A stretch of 32,000 bases of DNA from Candidatus Saccharimonadota bacterium (GTDB lineage Archaea; Micrarchaeota; Micrarchaeia; Micrarchaeales; Micrarchaeaceae). Shown here in pieces: positions 16,700-24,126 of the stretch; position 1 is the first letter of the stretch; each line of letters opens with the position of its first letter. The DNA lies in NCBI GenBank assembly GCA_021654395.1, contig AP024486.1, forward strand, positions 240,001 to 272,000. Direction: 5' to 3'. The translations under genes were made by a program, and so were the position numbers. The notes beneath the pieces are model-generated. The model did no database searches, was not told the DNA's origin, and worked only from the letters and a program-made list of their open reading frames with translations.

Positions 16700-17191
16700 A
16701 TGCCATACTCATATAATAAAGATGATAGATCAGATATCATATTTGCATCTATAAAGAGAGCAGATGGTAGCTATAAGGATCTAGTGGCTATATGCGATAA
16801 TATAAAAGGATTGACAGTTAAATCTGCAATAGATCTTCTTAATGAAGTTATAGCGATGAAAAGGCCGTTATACTATAGAACTCATAATAAGAAGCTGGGT
16901 CATAGGCATGAGCTTAATGGTAAGAAAGGAAGATGGCCTGTTAAGGAATCAAAGCTGATGATAAAGATATTAAAGAACGCGATGGCAAATGCAAAGAATA
17001 AGGGATATACTCAAGAGGAAGCAGAGCTGATGAAGATAGTTCATGCTTCAGCGAATAAGGACGGGATGTCTCCTAGAAAATATCCAAGCAAGGGAGCGTT
17101 AGCAGTTCCTGGAAATCATACAATGGGTTATGTTCCATATAGGCTTATAAGAAACTGGTATGCTAAGATAGAGATAGGAATAAAGAAGTGA
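16700..17191 (+). CDS. rpl22: 50S ribosomal protein uL22
   Basis: ICDNIKGLTVKSAIDLLNEVIAMKRPLYYRTHNKKLGHR, typical of archaeal L22; cluster position. GTGATgtatATG junction. Confidence 0.93.
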   Translation: MPYSYNKDDRSDIIFASIKRADGSYKDLVAICDNIKGLTVKSAIDLLNEVIAMKRPLYYRTHNKKLGHRHELNGKKGRWPVKESKLMIKILKNAMANAKNKGYTQEEAELMKIVHASANKDGMSPRKYPSKGALAVPGNHTMGYVPYRLIRNWYAKIEIGIKK

Positions 17192-17195
17192 TTAT

Positions 17196-17819
17196 ATGGG
17201 AATAAAGCACGCATTTATTAAAGACTCTATATTGAAGCATAATATAAATAAGTTCATAAGTGATAGATATAAGCAAGCAGGAATAACAAGGGTTGATGTT
17301 CAAGCAACTCCAATGTTAACTAGAATAATAGTATACTGCAAATATCCTCAAAGAGTATTATCAAGAGGACTAGAGCAGACAAAGCAGCAGATAAGCAAGC
17401 TATTTAATGTGCAGAATCCGCAGATCGTTGCTATACAGATACAGAATGAAAGATTAGAGCCTAAGTTAGTAGCAGAGTTTCTAGCAAGGAAGTTAGAGTT
17501 AGGTGGCAATCCTAGAAAGCTTGCAGAGTCAATGGTTAGATCTATAATAATGAATGGAGCTATAGGAGCAGAGATAAGATTCAGCGGTAAGCTTAAAGCA
17601 AAGAATGCAGAATCTACATCAATAGTAAAGAGAGCAGGCTACTTACCAAAGGCAGGATATCCTGTAAACTATCTTCTTCATGCAAAGGCAGTTGCTAACA
17701 CGAAGTATGGTATAATTGGCATAAAGGTTACAATAACACCAGCAGATATAAAGCTACCAGATAAGGAGATAAGGCAGGTAGAGCTTCCTAAGAATATAGC
17801 CTCAGCATCAAATATATGA
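17196..17819 (+). CDS. rps3: 30S ribosomal protein uS3
   Basis: KH-domain N-terminus, LVAEFLARKLELGGNPRK ... IIMNGAIGAEIRFSGKL; cluster position. Confidence 0.95.
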   Translation: MGIKHAFIKDSILKHNINKFISDRYKQAGITRVDVQATPMLTRIIVYCKYPQRVLSRGLEQTKQQISKLFNVQNPQIVAIQIQNERLEPKLVAEFLARKLELGGNPRKLAESMVRSIIMNGAIGAEIRFSGKLKAKNAESTSIVKRAGYLPKAGYPVNYLLHAKAVANTKYGIIGIKVTITPADIKLPDKEIRQVELPKNIASASNI

Positions 17820-17820
17820 T

Positions 17821-20115
17821 GTGTGGATATCTTTGTTTAGCTCAATATTAGCAATACTTATAGCATCTATATCAATTGTACTGCCAGGTGTATTAATCTC
17901 TTTTGCTCTACTTAAGAGTACTCCTTTTAATACAATAGAGAAGCTTCTAATGGGAATAATATTAGGAGTAATTGCTTTACCAACGCTTCTATGGCTTGAA
18001 AGCTATCTTATAAGCTATATACACTTCTTTAGCTTCTCATTAGCATTAGCAGATCTTGATACTGTAGTCTTAATAGCTTTAGGATTAGTATTATGCTATA
18101 TCAATAATGTATTTTCAGATTTTAAGAGATTTATAAAGAGTCTTAAGATAGACTCTAATAGTGTAATTAAGTATATAAAAACAGATTATGCATATATAAT
18201 ACTTATTATATTAATGCTTCTTGCATTTTATATAAGAGTAGTAAATATAAATGTATCTCAGACATTCTTTGAGTTCGACCCATACTTTGATATGATGGAT
18301 ACTCGTTATATATTGACATATGGTTATCAGCTGCTTAATGATACATCTGCTTGGCCTATAGCACCAAATGGAACAAATCATAGAATACAGCCAATAGTTC
18401 CATATCTGGAAGCATACTTTTATACTTTGTATAATGATACTGTAACTCATTATAGCTATCTTAACAATACTCTTGTATCAAGGGTAAGCAGCATATATCC
18501 TCCACTGACTGCAGCATTACTAGTGTTTGTAGTCTTTCTACTTATATCAAAGAATTATGGCAATGATGTTGCTCTTTTTGGATCTGCATTAGCAGCATTT
18601 AACCAGCTTCTTATTACTACATTTGTAGCAGGAGAGCAGCTATTAGAGCCATGGGGAATATTCTCACTATTCTTCTTTATAGCAGTATATATGATAGCAG
18701 TAAAAGATATGAAGAATAAGAGACTGGCTATACTATCTGGTATAGCATTTGCCTCAACTTTCTTAGGCGCTCACTACTATACAGTAGATGCTGGAATACT
18801 TGCGCTTTATATACTGCTTCAAGGTATAATCTTCTTTATCAAGGATAAGCATGCGTTAAAGGATTTCTATATATTTAACGTTATTGTAATAGCTGTTATA
18901 TCAGTCTTCTTAGCACTTTATCATCCATATCACGCTACACTATCTGGTAGAATTCCATCAGTATTTCATATACCAATAACTGTTGGATTTGCTATACTGG
19001 CATTAATAGCAGTTATCGGTCTACAGATAATAGAAAGGGTAATAAAGAGCATATCATACTTCAGCAAAAAGTCCTCGAGTTTTAGAGATATGGCTACAAT
19101 AGGTATATTTATAATATTAGCATTTGTCTTTGTTATAGCAACTCCGCTGAGGCATACTGTAGTAAGCTATCTATCACTATCTAAGAAGTTTACAACACCT
19201 TCAACACCATTATTTATGACAGTAGCAGAGTTTCAGCCAAGCGGTATTAACTTTAATTTTGGAGGTAATGGCTTCGGCTTAATCGGCTCTCTGCTTTATA
19301 GCTCTACGCTGATGCCTTTGTTCGTATATATCGTAATAGCCTCAACTATAATCTTTCTAGTTTTAGATATTCTGCATAATGCGGATAGATCTGCTATACT
19401 CTACTTAGCAGCATCACTACCACTAATATTTGCAGGCTTCTCAGAGGTCAAGTATCTGCCTCATTTCGATATCGCATTTATAATACTTCTATCTGTATTC
19501 TTAGGTGAGATATTAAGAATAGTGAAGCATTACTATAGAGAGGTTATAATGATAATCTTTGCATCGCTTGCATTATCTATATTAGCATTCAATATAACAT
19601 TAATAAGTGTATATATAAATCTAATCTTATCTATAAGCTCTAGTCTTACATATCTATTTACAAACTCTGCTATTGCAATAGTCATATCTATAATAATGTT
19701 ATCTATAATAGGCTATCAGATATATAGCTCAAAGCATGGTATAAAAGGTAGCTTGAAGATCTCTATAGTTGCCTATATTATACTTTCTATAGCAAGTGCA
19801 TTTCTAACTACAACAGAGATTGTAACATTCACTAACGGGGGAGCTATAGGCTATGGTGGCTTAACGTTTATATTCCTGATTCTTATATTCTCTTTAGCTA
19901 TATCTCTAACATTTTATAAGTTTAGAAATATCAAGGAAGTAAGTATAAGTGATAAAGAGATAATGAAGCATAAGGAGTCTAGATTTATATATGAGGTATT
20001 TCTATTCTTTATATCCCCTATATTAACTCTAATACTTCTAATAAGAGAGTATTATATATATAGCAGAGAGTCAAGCAAAAGCCCAACTGCTGCTATTGAT
20101 AAGACAACTTCATAA
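17821..20115 (+). CDS. AglB/STT3-like oligosaccharyltransferase transmembrane core lacking the WWDYG domain, with an extra C-terminal TM bundle
   Basis: Polytopic membrane protein. FFEFDPYFDMMDTRY matches the STT3/AglB first-loop motif (eukaryotic HEFDPYFNYR). FVAGEQLLEPWGIF matches the second acidic loop motif region. MTVAEFQPSG matches the TIxE/SVSE(H)QP loop-5 motif. No WWDYG anywhere in the 764 aa; the last ~250 aa are further hydrophobic helices. GTG start 1 nt after the uS3 stop. Confidence 0.7.
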   Translation: MWISLFSSILAILIASISIVLPGVLISFALLKSTPFNTIEKLLMGIILGVIALPTLLWLESYLISYIHFFSFSLALADLDTVVLIALGLVLCYINNVFSDFKRFIKSLKIDSNSVIKYIKTDYAYIILIILMLLAFYIRVVNINVSQTFFEFDPYFDMMDTRYILTYGYQLLNDTSAWPIAPNGTNHRIQPIVPYLEAYFYTLYNDTVTHYSYLNNTLVSRVSSIYPPLTAALLVFVVFLLISKNYGNDVALFGSALAAFNQLLITTFVAGEQLLEPWGIFSLFFFIAVYMIAVKDMKNKRLAILSGIAFASTFLGAHYYTVDAGILALYILLQGIIFFIKDKHALKDFYIFNVIVIAVISVFLALYHPYHATLSGRIPSVFHIPITVGFAILALIAVIGLQIIERVIKSISYFSKKSSSFRDMATIGIFIILAFVFVIATPLRHTVVSYLSLSKKFTTPSTPLFMTVAEFQPSGINFNFGGNGFGLIGSLLYSSTLMPLFVYIVIASTIIFLVLDILHNADRSAILYLAASLPLIFAGFSEVKYLPHFDIAFIILLSVFLGEILRIVKHYYREVIMIIFASLALSILAFNITLISVYINLILSISSSLTYLFTNSAIAIVISIIMLSIIGYQIYSSKHGIKGSLKISIVAYIILSIASAFLTTTEIVTFTNGGAIGYGGLTFIFLILIFSLAISLTFYKFRNIKEVSISDKEIMKHKESRFIYEVFLFFISPILTLILLIREYYIYSRESSKSPTAAIDKTTS

Positions 20116-20124
20116 TCAGTTTCT

Positions 20125-20343
20125 TTATATCTTTATTGCCTTATCTATTGCTTCTAGGTCTCTTAGTATCGCATTTATAGACGCTTTAACAGCTATTATA
20201 TCCTCTCCTTCTATATATATAGTAAATCTCTTATCACTTTTAACTGCCTTTATGACACTTCTCTTATATCTCTGGTCCTTTATTATCTTACTTATATCTA
20301 TATCTGGTGAATCTAACTCTATTACTACCTTGTAATGTGTCAT
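20125..20343 (-). CDS. pcc1: KEOPS complex subunit Pcc1-like protein
   Basis: ~72 aa. FTIYIEGEDIIAVKASINAILRDLEAIDKAI resembles the Pcc1 C-terminal strand-helix (x-A-x-D-xx-A-L-R-A-x-x-N-S-x-L-R pattern). True start probably ATG 20343 (ATGATcttaATG). Confidence 0.55.
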   Translation of the reverse strand: MTHYKVVIELDSPDIDISKIIKDQRYKRSVIKAVKSDKRFTIYIEGEDIIAVKASINAILRDLEAIDKAIKI

Positions 20344-20602
20344 TAAGATCATACTCCTTTACAAAATGAAATCTGTTTCCTAGTGCATCAACTACAAAAT
20401 ATCTTATAACGTATCTATCTGATTCCTTTACTATAATTAGTATATCCTTAAATCCCTTTAACGATGCTAATTTGGATAATAATGTTATATCCTTTTTACC
20501 TCTAAGCATAACTAATGGTCTTCTAAATAACTTAGCCAAGCTATTAGATAACTCCAAGCCTTCTTTATAGCTCATTCTTCTAGAATAAGTAATAAGAGGC
20601 AT
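20288..20602 (-). CDS. Brix/Imp4-superfamily ribosome-biogenesis-like protein (short, 104 aa)
   Basis: MPLITYSRRMSYKEGLELSNSLAKLF...LRGKKDITLL ... ILIIVKESDRYVIRYF follows the archaeal Brix-domain N-terminal pattern (ITTSRKPS..tR.fakdL......RGK.sl..l). The 3' 56 nt overlap the Pcc1-like ORF in another frame. Confidence 0.55.
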   Translation of the reverse strand: MPLITYSRRMSYKEGLELSNSLAKLFRRPLVMLRGKKDITLLSKLASLKGFKDILIIVKESDRYVIRYFVVDALGNRFHFVKEYDLNDTLQGSNRVRFTRYRYK

Positions 20603-20609
20603 AAAAGAT

Positions 20610-21122
20610 TTAAGCTAGTAAGCCCCTTACCTTCCTTCCAGCAGAGGTTAATCCTCTAAATGCTCTCCCCTTTCTTCTTATTATCTGACTATAAAACTTA
20701 TCATTAATTATTGCTGGGTGATTTCTATCTACTAGTATAACTTCATAATACTTTGTATTAGATCTGCTTCCAACAAAATAAGAGTTTACAACTTCGCAGT
20801 TCCTATATTCTCTATTTGCCCTCTCCTCTGCAATCATCCTTAAAGACTTATGCCTTGAATAGAACCTTCCTGATTTAGACGGCTTTCTACCCCCATCAAA
20901 TCTCTCTCTTTTTGTCTTACCTCCATCTACTCTAACTCTTACTACAATAACTCCTTGCTTGTCTTTATATCCTAACTTTCTAGCTCTTGCTATATTTGTT
21001 GGCTTATCTATTCTCTTTACAACAGGCTCATCGGCCCATCTTGCTAACCTCTCCTTATACTCTTGACTTCTCTCCTTATACTCATTCTGAAAAGTCTCTT
21101 GAATATACTTATACATACTCAT
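20610..21122 (-). CDS. rpl15e: 50S ribosomal protein eL15
   Basis: YKYIQETFQ ... VVKRIDKPTNIARARKLGYKDKQGVIVVRVRVDGG ... is the L15e signature. True start probably ATG 21122 (GTGATattaATG). Confidence 0.9.
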   Translation of the reverse strand: MSMYKYIQETFQNEYKERSQEYKERLARWADEPVVKRIDKPTNIARARKLGYKDKQGVIVVRVRVDGGKTKRERFDGGRKPSKSGRFYSRHKSLRMIAEERANREYRNCEVVNSYFVGSRSNTKYYEVILVDRNHPAIINDKFYSQIIRRKGRAFRGLTSAGRKVRGLLA

Positions 21123-21178
21123 TAATATCACAGTAGTATTAATCTAATAAAGGTTTATATTTGTTTTTATATAAAATA

Positions 21179-21251
21179 TGCGAGTGCCGGGATTTGAACC
21201 CGGGTTTCGGCCTTGGGGAGGCCGCATTCTACCAGGCTAAATTACACTCGC
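21179..21251 (-). tRNA. tRNA-Gly, anticodon CCC (unusual anticodon loop)
   Basis: Hand fold on the minus strand: GCGAGTG TA ATTT AGCCTGGTA GAAT G CGGCC TCCCCAA GGCCG AAAC CCGGG TTCAAAT CCCGG CACTCGC A. Acceptor G1-C72/C2-G71/G3-C70 and C35/C36 fit Gly identity. The loop reads U32-C33-CCC-A-A, so position 33 is C rather than the near-universal U. Confidence 0.75.
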
Positions 21252-21383
21252 ATAAGCTTTAATCTATAATAATATTGATTCTAAGTCTTATAAATTTTAG
21301 AGGTTAATGTATGAACAGTTATCATAATCTTTAAGTAAAGCCATCTTAACAAGCAACTACTAGCCATAATAATTCTCTAAAAT

Positions 21384-22079
21384 CTATATAGCAATTAAAG
21401 CGAATATATAACCGAAGATTGCACTTATAAGACTGCATATAAAGTTGCTAGTGAACTTGTTGCCATAGCCTCTCTCTTCAAAATGTCCTGCTATAGAATC
21501 TGCTATATTGCCTATGAAGCCAGCTAATGATATTAGTAATACTAATAGATAAGCACTGTTTAGATGAAAGATTAAAGATAATGCGTAAGCATCAAGGCCT
21601 ATTATAAAAGATCCTATATAGCCAAAGAAGAATCCTACTGCAGTAACTCCTCCAGAGGTGCCCTTTTCTACACGTTTAAAGGTTAATATATCAATAGGAT
21701 TGCTAGTGTATAGTACTGCTAGCTCGCTGCTGAACTTATCAGATGTAATGCCAGCAACACTAGCGATCATTGAGAATACTATCAGCTCTTTTAAAGAGCT
21801 ATTGCTTAAAAGTACAAGTATTATAGAAAGTAAAAAGACAGTTAATCCATTTCCAATTACATTTGCCAAGCCTCTGCTCTTCTGGTATAGCTTTGCTTTC
21901 TTCTTCTTATATGAGCCTATCTCAGTTACTATGTATGATAGCACTAGGAACTCAAATAAGCTTAGTAGCAGAATAAGCCCTATTGATATACTAAAAGCAA
22001 GATAGCCGCACAAGAAGATCACAAAACCCATTAACAAGGCAGCAGCAGTTCCTTTCTTGTCTAATGTAAAGAATGTCAT
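21384..22079 (-). CDS. Integral membrane protein, DUF92 / TMEM19 (TIGR00297)-like
   Basis: Multi-TM protein. SDKFSSELAVLYTSNPIDILTFKRVEKGTSGGVTAVG resembles the DUF92 core (DT.aSE.G.l....p.lItt.k.V..GT.GGvS..G). Confidence 0.55.
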   Translation of the reverse strand: MTFFTLDKKGTAAALLMGFVIFLCGYLAFSISIGLILLLSLFEFLVLSYIVTEIGSYKKKKAKLYQKSRGLANVIGNGLTVFLLSIILVLLSNSSLKELIVFSMIASVAGITSDKFSSELAVLYTSNPIDILTFKRVEKGTSGGVTAVGFFFGYIGSFIIGLDAYALSLIFHLNSAYLLVLLISLAGFIGNIADSIAGHFEERGYGNKFTSNFICSLISAIFGYIFALIAI

Positions 22080-22272
22080 CTATCTCACAGTAGCTTTTAA
22101 TCTAATTAATTAGTTATAATAATTAAACTATCTTGATAACTAATTAAAAAATAACAAAATCTTTTTATATTATTTTATTATTAAAATCTAGTTTAATCGA
22201 ATTATACATATTTTTATTTATATCTTTGCTTAAATAAATATTAACTGATGCTCATTCTCTAAACTGGTCGCC

Positions 22273-22300
22273 TTGCCAGCGCTTCTAATGGCGCTGGCAA
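22273..22300. promoter_or_regulatory. GC-rich perfect hairpin/inverted repeat in the AT-rich divergent intergenic region upstream of radA
   Basis: TTGCCAGCGC-ttctaatg-GCGCTGGCAA: 10-bp perfect arms, 8-nt spacer. It lies ~84 nt upstream of the radA ATG and ~195 nt upstream of the divergent DUF92 gene. It is not downstream of any gene, so it is not a terminator. Confidence 0.5.
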
Positions 22301-22383
22301 CTATATTAAAGCATATAGATAGATTTATAAGCACTATAAAAGTAATATGTTTAAATTTAAAATGCTAAATAGATATGATATAT

Positions 22384-23334
22384 ATGGCTAAGAATGATGA
22401 TATAAAAGAGATAGAGGATCTTCCAGGCATAGGAGAGGCAACAGCAGAGAAGCTTAGAGCTGCTGGCTATGATACATTAGAGAAGGTTGCGGTCGCATCA
22501 CCTCACGAGCTCGCAGAGGTAGCCGAGATGAGCGTAGATGCTGCTAAGAAAGCGATAGAGGCAGCGAAGAACGCTACAAAAGTTGAATTTATAACTGGTA
22601 TGGAGGAGTATGAAAGAAGGCAGAGTGTAGCAAAGATAGACACTAACTCTAAGAATCTTAATCAGCTTATAGGTGGAGGTATAGAAACAAGAGGTATAAC
22701 AGAGGTTTATGGTAGATTTGCAAGTGGTAAGTCTCAGATAGGCTTTCAACTCTCTGTTAATGTTCAGCTACCTCCAGAACGAGGCGGCTTAGGCGGTGGA
22801 GTGTTATTTATAGATACTGAGGGTACATTTAGACCAGAGAGAATAAGTGAGATAGCTACAGCAAAAGGCCTAGATTATAAATCTGTATTAGAGAACATAT
22901 ATCTTATTAGAGCAGGCACCACAGAGGAGCAGATACTGGCTGTAGAGCATGCAGATAAGCTGATAGAAGAGAAGAACATAAAGCTTATAGTAGTTGATTC
23001 GCTAACGGCTCTATTTAGAGCAGAGTTTGTGGGTAGAAGCTCTCTAGGAGAAAGGCAGCAGAAGCTTGCAGCGCATCTTCATAAGCTACAGTCATTAGCA
23101 GATAAGTACAACTTAGCAGTATATATAACAAATCAGGTTATGGATAACCCTGCAGTATCATTTGCTGATCCTACAACCCCAATAGGTGGAAATATACTAG
23201 CACATGCAGCAACAGTAAGACTATACATAAAGAAGAGCAGAGAGAACAAGAGAGTCGTAAGATTAGTTGACTCACCATTCCTTCCAGAGGGCGAGTGTGT
23301 TATAAAGATAACTTCTGAGGGAATCTCTGATTAG
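22384..23334 (+). CDS. radA: DNA repair and recombination protein RadA
   Basis: N-terminal HhH (IEDLPGIGEATAEKLRAAGY), Walker A GRFASGKSQ, FIDTEGTFRPERI, Walker B LIVVDS, ITNQV. ATGATatatATG start context. Confidence 0.95.
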   Translation: MAKNDDIKEIEDLPGIGEATAEKLRAAGYDTLEKVAVASPHELAEVAEMSVDAAKKAIEAAKNATKVEFITGMEEYERRQSVAKIDTNSKNLNQLIGGGIETRGITEVYGRFASGKSQIGFQLSVNVQLPPERGGLGGGVLFIDTEGTFRPERISEIATAKGLDYKSVLENIYLIRAGTTEEQILAVEHADKLIEEKNIKLIVVDSLTALFRAEFVGRSSLGERQQKLAAHLHKLQSLADKYNLAVYITNQVMDNPAVSFADPTTPIGGNILAHAATVRLYIKKSRENKRVVRLVDSPFLPEGECVIKITSEGISD

Positions 23335-24099
23335 ATGTTTTATCTTATTGGTTTAGGCTACTCTATAGAGCACCTATCTATAGGCGCTATAGAGGCTATA
23401 AAGCGATCTGATTATCTATATCTAGATAGCTATACAAGCTTTGTTGAGGATGATTATTTAAATTATATAAGGAGCTTAGCTAATAAGGAGGTATATCCAT
23501 TAGATAGAAGTAGCTTAGAGGAGAGAGCAAGCGTAATACTAGATAAGGCAGCTACTAGCAATATAGCATTACTTGTTCCTGGAGATCCATTAATAGCTAC
23601 AACGCATCATATACTGCTAGACTACTTAAGCAGCAAGGGTATAAGATTCAAGGTAGTAAACAATCTCTCTTTCTTACATCTTGTATATAGTCTATCAAAT
23701 CTAGATATATATAAGTTTGCACCACCATTCACATTACCTTACTGGCTAGATAACTATAAGCCAACCTCTTTCTTAGACAAGTTAAAGCTTAATCTAGAGA
23801 TAAAGATGCATTCTGTAATAATACTAGATATAAATAAGGAGCTTAAGAGATCTATGTCTCTGCAGGAGGCTTATGCAACTATAAGCAAGGCTCAGGAAGA
23901 TAGACGATTAAATATAATAGATGATGATACAATGATTCTTCTTATGTCTGATCTTGGAACGAGCTCACAGCGCATAGTATATGCTAAGCTATCAGATCTT
24001 ATTAGAATGCAATATAGCTATAGATTAGCAACATTAATACTACCAGTATGTAGCATAGCAGAAGAAGAGGCATTAGAGAAGTATAAGCTTAAAGGCTAA
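23335..24099 (+). CDS. dph5: Diphthine synthase (Dph5)
   Basis: MFYLIGLGY...IEAIKRSDYLYLDSYTS ... ALLVPGDPLIATTH matches the tetrapyrrole-methylase-fold Dph5 N-terminus. ATG immediately follows the radA TAG. Confidence 0.9.
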   Translation: MFYLIGLGYSIEHLSIGAIEAIKRSDYLYLDSYTSFVEDDYLNYIRSLANKEVYPLDRSSLEERASVILDKAATSNIALLVPGDPLIATTHHILLDYLSSKGIRFKVVNNLSFLHLVYSLSNLDIYKFAPPFTLPYWLDNYKPTSFLDKLKLNLEIKMHSVIILDINKELKRSMSLQEAYATISKAQEDRRLNIIDDDTMILLMSDLGTSSQRIVYAKLSDLIRMQYSYRLATLILPVCSIAEEEALEKYKLKG

Positions 24100-24126
24100 T
24101 TATCTTTATATAACTAAATTCCTTAT

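Noticed and set aside
20096-20335. 79-aa plus-strand ORF overlapping the end of the STT3-like gene and the Pcc1-like gene
   Set aside because: Its hydrophobic low-complexity product mirrors the Pcc1-like gene, which has a recognisable family pattern and an RTGAT-N4-ATG start context. The plus-strand ORF has neither.
21658-22005. 115-aa plus-strand ORF opposite the DUF92-like membrane protein gene
   Set aside because: It is antisense to a multi-TM protein with a recognisable DUF92 core motif, and it has no start context or motifs of its own.
22243-22310. C/D box sRNA around the GC hairpin (CTGATGC resembles a C box)
   Set aside because: The C-box match is imperfect (CUGAUGC vs RUGAUGA), and no D box (CUGA) or C'/D' pair lies at the required spacing downstream.
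22080-22383. Replication origin in the ~300-nt, ~90% AT intergenic region upstream of radA
   Set aside because: I found no repeated ORB or mini-ORB-like elements flanking the AT tract, and there is no adjacent orc1/cdc6 gene. AT-richness alone is typical of intergenic DNA in this genome.
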